This document shows, piece after piece, positions 1 to 14,470 of a stretch of 64,000 nt of DNA (the first letter of the stretch is position 1; each line of letters opens with the position of its first letter). Position numbers and translations under genes: made by a program. The stretch is from the human T2T-CHM13v2.0 reference genome, Homo sapiens, in NCBI RefSeq assembly GCF_009914755.1, contig NC_060941.1; one strand, given 5' to 3'. A model generated the notes under the pieces. That model did no database searches. It was not told the origin of the DNA and saw only the letters and a list, made by a program, of their open reading frames with translations.

Positions 1-102
1 CCAGAAGGTAGAGGTTGCAGTGAGCCGAGATCATGGCACTGCACTCCAGCCTGGGTGACAGAGGGAGACTTTGTTTCAAAAACAATAAATAAATAAATAA
101 AA
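1..102 (+). mobile_element. Alu right-arm 3' end (cut by window edge)
   Basis: gaggttgcagtgagccgagatc...ccagcctgggtgacagag followed by (TAAA)n tail. Confidence 0.95.
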
Positions 103-1019
<917 letters not shown>

Positions 1020-1268
1020 TTAAGTCAGATTCTGCTGTAAGCAACAAATGGCTTCATTCTTTCCTCACTATTACAAATGCGAGACAGAGAAAGAAAACAT
1101 GGCCTTGTAATGTCACAGACTTTGTCATTGGTTAACCCGAGTTCAGAGAGGCTTCCAAATCACATCAGTTAATTCCCCCAGCAAGTGAAAGCTGACTGAA
1201 ATTATGAGCTGCCTTTAAAGCAATTCTAGCCCTCAAGCTTGTGAGGAGTCATAAAGATATACTAACTA

Positions 1269-1567
<299 letters not shown>

Positions 1568-2100
1568 AAAGATATACTAACTATGTGACTCTTAGATTCA
1601 TAGGCTAAATTTCCTTTTGGATTGTTTTTCAAAGACTGAAAATGCCTATATTAGGAAATATCTTCACTTTCCATCTCCAGCTCCCCTATTTGTCAGTTCT
1701 TCTATTCTGACCCCTAAGATGTGGTTCACATTTTAATTACAGTTACATATGGCAGTCTCCATCCACCATAGCCAGCCAGCCTGCAGGCTTGAAGAGAATG
1801 AAGGAGAGCCTAATACTGCCTTCTTTCTGACAAGCTCTCATGGAGCTTTCACAGTTAAGACTCTGTCGATCTGTTGCAATGACTGAAGTGTCCTGTAAAT
1901 GATCACTTATTACAAATGTTCAGGTAGATGTGTCACTTTAAGCATTAACAATTTATTTTTAACTACATTTCTTTATTCTTTACATATACCAATTGTGCTT
2001 ATGCCCAGAAGGACTGGATACAGTATGTGAAAGCTGTAAAAATTGGCTGTTCATTCTCTTCTCATTTAACCGCAGATGAAATATTGGTTGTCCAGGATAA

Positions 2101-2491
<391 letters not shown>

Positions 2492-2498
2492 CCCCTCG

Positions 2499-2596
2499 TT
2501 TTTTAAAGATGGAATTTCTCTCTCTTTCTCAGGCTGGACTCAGACTCCTAGACTGAAAGCTATCCTCTCACCTCAGCCTCCCAAGTAGCTGAGACT
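2499..2596 (-). mobile_element. Degenerate FLAM/Alu monomer fragment
   Basis: caggctggactcagactcctagactgaaagctatcctctcacctcagcctcccaagtagctg. Confidence 0.7.
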
Positions 2597-3149
2597 TATT
2601 TATAAACTTTCCAGTTAATTGTGACTACAGTTATGCACAGATTAAACATAGGTTTATTCTGGTTGGTAATGATCATAAAGAATGATCTGACTGGCTATCT
2701 TTGGGAATGATTGTTTATAGACTGTAGTAAAGATGAAAAGTCCAAACTGATTTTTATCTTTTTGTGCTGTTAAAGTATAAGGATCTAGAATTTTTATTTA
2801 TGGACATTGATGTCAGAAGCATATGTAGGTAGTTTTAAAACTGAAAATATAGCTTGTTTTTACCTCTCATCTAACTTTGGAGACCACAGTCGCCTTTGCA
2901 GATCTATCTAGACAACTTCTGAGGTTTATTCAAGCCTCATTTGTTGCTGCTCTAAATTCTTGCTCTGACCCTATCTGAAATCAGTGTAGTCTGAACTACT
3001 AGAGAGACGTTATTCCGTAACACAGTGAATCTCAGAATTTATTTTTTCAACTGATACTTCCAGCTCTGGATTCTGTGACATTTGCCCAAAGGGAAACACC
3101 GGTCCCTTGGATTACACTGTGCATCCATTGTCTGAACTGTCACAGCAAT

Positions 3150-3500
3150 AGCGCGTAAAGCTGTTTGCATAGCGTGCTAACTCTATCAGGGTCATTTCCA
3201 GTCTGTGGCCGCTAAAAATGAAAACCATGCCCCAGCCGGGACAAGAACAGGGTCAACAGCTGGCAAAGGATATGGCAATCATTTATATAAATATGCTTTC
3301 TCAAGCCCACAAAAACAAAAAACCCCAACCCAACAGCTGGGAAGGGTTGGAAGTAGCCCCAAGGCTGGTTAGTCCCCTTCCAGATGGGGAGGTTAGACTG
3401 GGGCTAGCCAGACTGCTCCACATAGACTTCCGATTCGAATTAGAAATGAAAAGAGGAGAGGAAAGGGAAAAGGAAGAAAGCCTACAAGCATGACTGCTCT
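3150..3500. promoter_or_regulatory. Candidate enhancer/promoter-like unique element
   Basis: Non-repeat, locally CpG-richer; two identical caacagctgg E-boxes (3254, 3331), palindromic atttatataaat (3281-3292), MEF2-like gctaaaaatg (3211), two agggtca half-sites. Motif matches only. Confidence 0.45.
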
Positions 3501-4819
3501 GCTTTTCACCTAACTTAATCAAATAAGTGAAGACTTTCTGAGACGGAAGGCTTGCATTTATCGGCATTCATGCTCCGTTTTTTCTGTTTATCATAGGGTC
3601 TAATACACATTTTAACTGCTGAAACAGAAAGCATATATGCTCTAAAGTATAGTTTATATATAATGTCATGGTTATTTGTAGAGAGATTGAAGAACCGGTC
3701 TCAGATTTATGTCCTGTTTACATCTCCCAAACACTTATGTAGAACATTCAATGCTAGAGAAGATAATAATTGTGGTGTTGGCTCACTCCCAGAATTTTAT
3801 CCAAGGGATAGGGTTCATTTTTGTAATTTGATTTACTTCATAATACATCGTTATTGCACATCTAATATATCCAACAGAATAACAAATACCGTTTTCCTGG
3901 GTTCACCTTAAGGTTGCATACCATGAGGCAAAGTATTATTTTTGTAACCTGTTGATGCTTCAAGAGGCAAAGGTGAAGAGTATATGACTTTCAAACTCTT
4001 CCAAGAGTGACATAGTAAAATAAAAGACACCACAGTGATGAAGAAAAAATTTGTTCTCATTATCTAGAAAAGGGCCGCTTCTTCCTAATAATGGAGAGTT
4101 CTGCTGAAGCCAAATTGAATGGCAAGCAGCACTTTCTTCCTCTCCAGTCTTACGTTTGCTTAAGGAAAAGCTTACATAATGAATACATTTATAGGTGTAG
4201 GATGAGCTCATGATATCAGAATCCATAAAGATATATAAATTAGGCTCTTTTGCCAACATTGAGGCATTGTCTTAGAGAATCTTCTGCTTTGACATAGAAG
4301 TTAGGTAATGCATTTTCCTTCTTGTAATGATCTGCCTGAAACAAACATTTAGCCTTACTCGTGGAATGTCAAAACTAGAAGGAACTGTAGTGATCATCTC
4401 AGATACCTCCTCTAATGAGTAGTAAAGATCAGAAAGTTAGAATGTGCACAGGGAGGATGCTGTGGACCCCTCAATCAGGTATACATCTTCCAACTATATA
4501 CACACAGAGGACCCTATACTGAGAAAGAATAGTGCCAAGCCAGTCTGGATAAAGACCCTCGGGAGACCTGAATTATCAAAGCTATCTGCTGATCCCTCAA
4601 ACACTCAGATTTACTGTGTAATTGTATAAAGTAAATTTCCCACTTTGTTCTGTGGCCCTATAGTATCAAAACAAATGTTTCTCAAGCATCAACACTTTAT
4701 TAGAAATTCTCATGACTTCTAGATGTGGTTTTGGTCATTTCCATAGATAAGTAATAAGATGAGTGTGTTAGGTGTTGGCTCTGAAAGTCTATCCCATCTA
4801 TCTATATAGTAATGAATAT

Positions 4820-4916
4820 TAGATTTTAAGCTTGTTGGGGGCAAGAAAAGTAGGTCATCTTCATGTTTATATCCACTGAGTCTGGCACATATGAGTACTT
4901 AGTGGATGTTTGCTGA
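4820..4916 (+). mobile_element. L2 3' end fragment
   Basis: tagattttaagctt...tctggcacata...gtacttagtggatgtttgctga. Confidence 0.6.
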
Positions 4917-4932
4917 TATGCGATTAAGATAA

Positions 4933-5251
<319 letters not shown>

Positions 5252-7159
5252 CGATATGTTGATTTTCAAATAATTCATTAATTTAAGTATTTTCTTCTAT
5301 AATAGCTACAACAATTTTATACTAAAACTTTTGGGGGGAAGGGCCATTACCTTAATTTACACAATAGATCAGTTAAGTTTTGCAAGAAGGTGAAAGTAGA
5401 CAAACATGTTTTTGACACATTGTTATTGCTATTCCTGCGGTCTTTGATTCTGACCCATTTTTAGCTTCTGTGCATTTACTTTTAGTTAATCTGTTTGATT
5501 TGAATACACTGTTCAGTTAGTCTCAAACACTTTCTTAGCATTTATCTTCAAACCTTAAGTGTAAAAATGAGACAGAGGCTTAGAGGTGTCCTCGGAATTT
5601 TAGAACTAATGGTTTAATTTCCTGACTCTTAGAGTCCAAATGTTTTCTTAGATTGATGTGGATTGGTTTAACGTAATTGGAAGTTTGAAAGGTACATGTT
5701 TCTAAAGCTTTTAAGATAATGATACTTAGAAATCACTGATTGTTCCTTGATGATGAATGCCTTTAATATATGTTTACAAGCTCCAAAACTTTTAATATAT
5801 CTTACCATACTCTGATTACTAGAAATATATAAATGAAACCAACATTTCTCTATCCTGGAAAAAAAGTGTCCAGTAGAGTCTGTCCTTCCTGAGCTTAGTT
5901 AAAGCAATTCTTGTATCTTTGTTTTATATTTTTTAACCTTTTCCAATCCTTAATACATTTGTGGTCTTACTGGGATATGCCAGGAAGAAATTTCTTCCTT
6001 CTATTTCTTCTCCCTCTTTTTAGCTGTCTACTGTATACCATGTAGAACCACAAAATGCATGTTTTTATCTGTTCTGTTGTGTAGAATGTATATGCTGCCA
6101 GCCAGCCTTACTCTTTCCTCTCTACACTGCCACAGCTACAACTGCTTCCCTGTCAAACATTAGAAAAACACAGGTGGGCACCTAGTGCATGGTGTTACAG
6201 TAAAGACAACTCGACATCATACTGACTACAAATTACCTCCCCTAGTTTAAAGGCAAATAGTAGCTATCACAACCAAATTTAGAATGTGACACCATTGTTT
6301 AGGTGTATGTGATTCATTTTTATTATCTAATCACATATTTTTTTCCCTTCTAATTTGTGCCCTGACTGCACCTTGTGAAAGGTTAGAACTGGGATAATAA
6401 CTATGATGAACAAGTTATTCAAGAAATACTTGCAAGGTGGACAATGTTAACTTTGAACAGTGAACACAAAGGGTAATGAATTACTAATACCATAGTTCCC
6501 TTCTCAAACAGCAGTGACAGCTTAATTTTGATAGGATCCCTATGATCTTTGTAAGCGTATTCATGCCAGGAATGTTGTCCTCAGCAATAGATCCTATCTC
6601 TATCCCTTTTCCAAAAGCCCGGTAAAGTTAGTTTGCTTAAAACTACCTGAAAATGTCTTTCTAGACATCCACCTTACTGCAGGGCCCTAGGGTCATAACC
6701 TCTTAACCTTACGGGTTATAGGTCTCTTGCTTTTTGATCTTTCTTGGTTCTTTAGTTTTTGCCTACTTCCTCCACAACATTCAAGCCTTGTTATATAAGG
6801 AAATTGGAAACACCAATTTTGGATGAGATAAGTTACCCTTTCTTCCAGAATAATCCAAAAAGATGATTTTAAATAGAAACATGCTTGGGAAAAATTTAGC
6901 AAAACTACAGCATCCTGTCTAAGCCAGTTTGAAGTTGCCCCCCTTCATTTCTTATCCTCTTTATAAAAAACAAAACAAAACCAACTTAGAACTTACTGTT
7001 GACTTAGTGATAAAGTTTTTATTCAGGTCCCAAAGGCAGCTTGCTTGAGACATCAGAAGGAGTCAGAGTGGTCTGAGCGAATGAGAAGGAGATTAATATT
7101 AATACAATTAGTTAGTTAGCTTATTATTCTTGCCTTACTGGGCAGTACACTGTTTGATA

Positions 7160-7370
7160 ATAGTGACAACTAACATCAATTTGGCACTTACTATTGACAA
7201 AGCATTATTTATTATTTTATAGCCATAGCAACTTGGTAAAGGAGAGATTATTATTCTTATTTCATAATAAAGGAACCTGAGCTTCAGAAAGGGCCCTCGG
7301 CTTGCCGAAGGCCGTATGGTAAATCAATGACCGAGCTGGTGTGGAATGTTAGCCTCCTGGATCCTGATCG
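7160..7370 (-). mobile_element. MIR
   Basis: ctaacatc..gcacttactat..attattcttatttcata..aggaacctgag..ttgccgaaggcc core. Confidence 0.65.
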
Positions 7371-8496
7371 TTCAGCCTCCGAAACATTCCTACTGAAGAG
7401 GCATTAGGACTAGAGCGTATTTCTTTTGATTATCAATGCGGGTGGTAGTGAGGTATCCTCAGCTGTTTGGCTGGCTCTCTTATTATATTAGTATCTTTTT
7501 ACTATTATCTTGCTTCTGTTTCAGCCAAAATTTGGATTTTGTTTCTTTGCCACACCCATAGGATCAGGTACAGTTAACCTGTTTGAGCCTAATAATCAAG
7601 TATTGTACTGAAATTCCAAATAGAATTGGAAAATGTACTTTTTTGATGGGCTACCTTTCCTCTTTCCTGCCTCATCCAAACAGTCTCCATTAGAAATAAT
7701 AAAAACCCTCATAGGATTTTAAAGCCAAGTTAGCAGCCCTGAGTCAGGACAGGTGTTTATTTTTAATTCATACTCAGAAAGCACTGTTTACCCATTTACC
7801 AGACAGAGCAAGAAAGGACAAATAGTATATATAAAAAAAAAAAGAATTATAGGTCATACAGTTGTCTTTTCATTCCATAAAAATTAGGAGGTCTCTTTTA
7901 AAACATTAAGATAATGTTGAAATAAATACATTTTAACCCGAACCTAAAACCAAACAATGACAGGAATATTTCTCCTTAAATGCAGACTACCTGGCATTCG
8001 CAGGTATCTGCTAGAGGCAAAGTCAGAACGAATGAGGAGGCCTGCAGACAGTAATCATACTTCCATCTCATGGAAATCACCCACTTGCCTGACTCACAAG
8101 AGCACTGAAGTGTGTGTGTTTATGTGTGTATTTGTTCTGAATTTGTTTTGATTTTATCAGGCTTGCCAGCTGCATAAGCGGGCAAAGAATGTAATGTGGA
8201 AACCATCCATTGCCACTGGAAAAAGGATCCAAGAGGAATTCCTTAAGCTGGGAACATGAGCTGTGAGCAACATGTTTAAATAGCTAAATATCCAAAGTTT
8301 GAGTCATGTTCATTTATTTTGGGGGATACACTCTCTTCTTTGAGGCTGAAAGAGTCCTTCTGGCTTAGACTATAACAAATGTGGTGCTGGAGGAGGTGAG
8401 AGACTGGAAGCCCTAGCGAGTTTGCTCAGGTTGTGGTTAATGGTGAGAGAGGGTACCATGACCCCCTTCGTGAAGTACGTTCCACGTTCAATCTGA

Positions 8497-8869
<373 letters not shown>

Positions 8870-8892
8870 TCTTTTTTTTTTTTTTTTTTTTT

Positions 8893-9240
8893 GTAATTTT
8901 TATGTGCCAGACACTATTCCAGGTACTTTCAGAAAGGTGGTGATTTTTTTTTTTTTTTTTTTTAAAGAGATGGAGTCTCGCTCTGTCTCCCAGGCTGGAG
9001 TGCAGTGGTGTGATCTCAGCTCACTACAAGCTCTGCCTCCCGGGTTCACGCCGTTCTCCTGCCTCAGCCTCCTGAGTAGCTGGGACTACAGGCACCCAAA
9101 AAGGTGGTGATTTTTCTCCCCATTTTGCGGATGAGGAAACTGATGAGATCTGAAATGATTTGCGCAATCTATCACAGCGAATAAGGTTGGGATGAGGATT
9201 TTAACCCAAGATCTGGCTTCAATGCCCATGCTTTTCTTAA
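8893..9240 (-). mobile_element. MIR interrupted by a 5'-truncated AluY
   Basis: tatgtgccagacact...ctccccattttgcggatgaggaaactga core continues across the Alu. Confidence 0.7.
8949..9097 (-). mobile_element. 5'-truncated AluY (right arm only)
   Basis: Y diagnostics caagctctgcc, ttcacgccgttc; 16-bp TSD aaaggtggtgattttt at 8933-8948 and 9100-9115. Confidence 0.9.
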
Positions 9241-9915
9241 CTCCCTTGAAGCCTTAACACTCTCAACAAAGAGTTTACTTTCCTTTTTCCCCTCCTCATT
9301 TTCTTTTTTTTTTAAAATATTACTTATTTAATTTTTAATGGTCGAGTTTACTTTTCTTCTTATTTTACTTGTGTTTCTTCTAAAGGAGCTGTCTGGGCTA
9401 ACTACTCCATTGGTTAGAATATGATGCCTTTGAGCCCAAAATCTTGTTTGATCTCAGAATAGGCCAAGTTAATATTTTACAAAGAAAAGCTGAGAATTAA
9501 ATGGCATCACCATTAGCCTGCCATTGTCAGAAGAATATGAGATGAGCTAAGAGTATATCTGACTCAGAAAAACAACTCAAAAGCATGTCTTGTTGTTCTC
9601 AGATGGTCTGAGTTTTCAAAAGAAAAAAGATGATGAGTCAATCGTAGAAATAAATAGCCTAAATATCTCATAGATTAAGTCAATTAAGTAAAGATTCCCC
9701 TTATGTATTTGCCCTATTTTAATGTAGGTAATCAAGGTACTGAATTTTTTCTAGACAGGTTGTAGTATCAGCGCAGTGATGAAAGTAGTCTTCCTCTGCT
9801 GTGAATTAGGGCTAATATTAAATTTTGTGTGGTTGCTGAAGAAGTTTACTGTGCACTAGCTCTCTCTTCAAAAAAATTATTTAAGTTACATTAAATTTTA
9901 TTTATTTATGTGTAG

Positions 9916-10266
<351 letters not shown>

Positions 10267-11580
10267 TTCATTACAATTTTTATTTTGTCTTCCTGATTTC
10301 TGGGGGATAAGAGGGGAACCAAAAAGATAGTTTATGAAGAACTTAACAGTTTCCACATTGCCATTTCTGTAAAATCAGGAAAAGAACAACAGATGTATTA
10401 CAGACTAGTTAGGGAGAAAAGTGATCAAAAAACACTTGATATTTTTAAATTCGTGGAAACTTTGAGCTACATATTTTGCCTTCTGTTCATCTTTGTAACC
10501 ATTTTTTTGTTTCAGGTTGAGTGTGATTCTTTCTTCCCAGCTGGAACTTTCAGCCTTGTCCCCGAGACCAAAAGCTCAATCAGTGTCACTCTGCAGAGAA
10601 TGTTTTCAGTATACGAGTGTCCTCTCCTTGGCACTCAGTTGGGACAGTCAGCACTGCCCCTGCCCCAGAGCTAATTAACTGCATTGCTATCAGAGCTCTG
10701 AAGTGACAGAGGCAAAGGGCAGAGAATGGAACCAAGAGATCATTCAAAATGGGGTTCAAGCTGGGAGGCAGTGCCCGGCCCCCTTCTTTCACAGCTGGGG
10801 TTTTGGCAGCCTGTCCTCGGGTTGTTCAGCCTGGTGACCCTAGCCGCCTGTGATTTACTAACTGTTTTACAAATGTTTCCTCGCTCTGGGAGGTTTGATA
10901 CACTCTTCATCCTCCTCAGCTCACCAGAGTCACTCAGTCTCTGAGCCAAACCTGCCTTTGTTTACAACTTTTCCGGAAATTTTCACAGAGGGAGAGAAAC
11001 TCTCCCTCCTCTTTCAGTGTTTTATTTTTAAGTCAACACTTTTCTCAAGTTTATTTGTGCTAAACCAAATTCTCCTACAAGGTATTGCTCTGTATTCAAA
11101 TGGGAATTGCTGCATTTCTATAAATAGAATGAAGGTCATGTGAACGAGTTCAGAAGATTCTAGATATCACATTTTACGGGACCTTTACATTTAGTTCACT
11201 ATTTTTTGAAAATAATATTCTATGTTTGGATTTGTCTTTTTTTCCCACATTCATATTTGACTGCGCATTATGTGAAAAATTGAATTTGGGAAACATTGAG
11301 TGGAATATTTTTTAAGCTGAAATACCCATGTTAAAAATAACAAAATGTGTTGTTGCTTCATCATTGTAACTTTCTTAAAAACAGAATTTATAGCCCCTTT
11401 ATTAAATATTTCTAGAATATAATTGCCTCTGAAAACACAGTACCAGGGTTTTTTTGTTTTCGTTTTTCTTTAAATCTCATTCCCATTAATTGCTCAGTCT
11501 TTACCTTGGCGGAGAATGAAAAACTGCCTTGGAACTTATTAATAAGCATTTAGAAAAACTCGACAAAAAATTAAAGAATT

Positions 11581-11845
11581 GGCCTGGCATGGTGGCTCAT
11601 GTCTGTAATCCAAGCACTTTAGGAGGCTGAGGCACGCAGATCAGTTGAGGCCAGGAGTTCGAGACCAGCCTGGGCAACAGGGCAAAACACCTTCTCAACA
11701 AAAAATATAGAAATTAGCCTGGCGTGGCGGCACATACCTGTAGTCCCAGCTACTCAGGAGGCTGAAGTGGAAGGATCACCTGAGCCCAGAGAGGTTGAGG
11801 CTGCAGTGAGCCATGATTGTGCCAGAGTGAGACCTTGTCTCAAAA
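11581..11845 (+). mobile_element. AluJ with ~22-bp deletion near 3' end
   Basis: gaggttgaggctgcagtgagccatgattgtgcc joins directly to agagtgagacc; TSD aaaaaattaaagaat on both sides. Confidence 0.9.
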
Positions 11846-12929
11846 AAAATTAAAGAATGACAGGATAAAAATTTAGGGAGGCCGATTCCATCTGCAATCA
11901 AAAGCTAACTTTTGGTCCACACTAAGTAAGAAGTATTATTTTTCTCATTTCTACCTACGAAAAAAAGGTTGAAACTGAAAGAAAAAAAAAGGCATTATTT
12001 ATTTTCCTCCTTTTCTGTCTTCTAGAGCCAGAACAGACAGAATATATCCTAAATTGGATACAGCCAGAGAATAGTTTACTGATAAAATATGTTTTAGGAA
12101 GGAAAACTGGTTACATTTCAGCATATACAGCTGGACTTCCTGGTGGGCCTCCCACATTGTCAACATCAGTACCATTTATTTGTTGACCAACAGAAGACCA
12201 CCAGAATGAGGTATTTTCATTTCTGCATACTTCTAATTCTACAAGAAAGATAGCTGTTGAGAGAGCTAATATCAAGGAAATGGCAAACAAACACCTTAGG
12301 TGATCCTGTGTGACATTCAGGAACTATTGCAGACTTCCAGGACTCAAGACAGTCTCCTCAGCCATAATGTCATTGACCTTGACATACTCAGAACAAATTG
12401 GTCTGTGTGATTGCTACCACATGCTGTAGCGCCTCCTAACCCTGCCGTTGGTCTGGAGTGAAGCAGAGCAGGAGAAAGGGCTCCTCATCAGAGGATATGC
12501 TTCTTTTATGTTCCTTAGACTCTTGCCCAGCATGCTTTTCCCACTCTATTTAGTCTTAAAATGGCTAATTTAAAGTTTCTGAAGCTTTGTAGGAGCCGCA
12601 GAGTGTACCTAGTTTTGCCAGGCAAGGACTGAATAGGTGAATAGTCATTGTATTCTTAGGGTATGAAACTGTTTCGGGAGCAAAAGATAAGGCAAACACA
12701 ACCAAAAAGACAGCCTTTCTGCTTAGTTAGGAAGATAATTTATGTCCCCAAAGCTCTTTCAGTGATCTGTACCCATCAGACCAGTAGAATTTGAACTTTT
12801 TTCCCAACTGAAGAGTCAACTGAGATGAGTAATAAGCACACTCCTCACTTCTGGTTTTCTTTTACGTCTGTAGGTTTTTTTCATTTATATGGAGAACACA
12901 AGTCGTAGCCAGTGAAAGTTTGTATAGGC

Positions 12930-13000
12930 CCCTCTGTTTCTTGCACTCTAGTTATAGGCACTTGCTAAATGTTTCTTGAGTGGATGAATGAATAAGTGAA
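12930..13000 (+). mobile_element. L2 3' end fragment
   Basis: taggcacttgctaaatgtttcttgagtggatgaatgaataagtgaa (TGAA tail). Confidence 0.6.
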
Positions 13001-13312
13001 TCCTGGACAGATTGAGATGTATGGGGTGAGTCATAATCCTGGCAAAACCCTAATTAAACACAGTGGAACCATTGCCTTATGCACAGGGCAACCTCAGGCA
13101 TTCTGCGTTCATCGTGTCTGCAGTGTTCTCCAAATTCTGAAGCAGAGATGTCTAGATGCTTGTTTAGTGCGGAGGGTCACTTTCTTTATATTTTAAAATC
13201 AGTAAGGTCATACTTAACTTCGTTTGTACATATTAATATATCCATAAATGTTGGTAGTTCCTTTGGGTACTATGAGTGACTATAATATTAACTAAACTGC
13301 ATTTTTAGATTA

Positions 13313-13640
<328 letters not shown>

Positions 13641-14149
13641 GTGAAGGGGGAATCCCCTATGAATGTACCAGTTTTTACTTTGATCCAATCAAGTTGTTTT
13701 GTATGGTTTGTTGTTTGTTTTTTGGTTTTTGGTGTTTTTTTTTTTAATTTGATTTCTACATGGATTCAAAATAATTTTGTTTGGAAAGAACAGATATGTC
13801 AGGGGAAGAAGTGACACGTAAGCTACAACAGAGTATATTTTTCAAGCACCTCTTTATTTGAAGATGCAATATTAGTATTTGTTCTTTCTTAGCACCTTTT
13901 CGAAGTTTTCTTCACATGAACTCTTGCAGTGTGCCAAGGATAGCAGAGATGTTTTTCAAACGTTTATTGGCTACACACATAAAAGAACAGAAATTCCTAT
14001 TTTTCTTCTCTGTCCTTATATTACTATATCACCTGTTCTCCAGCCTATGGGTACAAGTGATTGACATCGTTTTCTTGTCGATAAGTATGATACTTATACA
14101 TCTGTCTTGTTCTTCTTACTGTCTGTGTATTAATATTTCTAGATGAAGA

Positions 14150-14345
14150 TATATATTAATTCATTTAATCTTCATTATAACTTTAGGATGCAGATACTGT
14201 TATTATTCTTTGATAGATGAGGAAACTAAGTTCAAGAAAGATCCCAAATGTGTCCAAGGTTACAAAGACAGTGAATGCATGACTAGATTCAAACCAAGAT
14301 GCCCTGGCTCCTGAAGCTGTGCTCCTAATCACCAAGCTGTTTCCC
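14150..14345 (-). mobile_element. MIR
   Basis: tcatttaatcttcat..atagatgaggaaactaag..ccaaggttaca..gattcaaacc..ctggctcc. Confidence 0.75.
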
Positions 14346-14349
14346 ATGG

Positions 14350-14470
14350 CATTCTATTCTGTGAAGGTATTATCATCTAGTTGATGGCTTCCCTATGGAT
14401 GTTGTCTAACTTTTTTTGCATTTACAAACAAAACTGCAGTGAACATCTTTATACATATTTCCTTGTGCAG
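14350..14470 (-). mobile_element. Old L1M 3' UTR fragment
   Basis: ttttttgcatttacaaacaaaactgcagtgaacatctttatacatatttccttgtgca. Confidence 0.55.

Noticed and set aside
4035-4107. GTGATGA...CTGA pair about 70 nt apart
   Set aside because: No terminal stem or guide complementarity
9621-9752. C/D-box snoRNA-like layout (ATGATGA at 9630, CTGA at 9740, agaaaaaa/ttttttct terminal stem)
   Set aside because: Stem is low-complexity and one base out of kink-turn register; no rRNA/snRNA antisense element recognised. snoscan or Rfam would settle it
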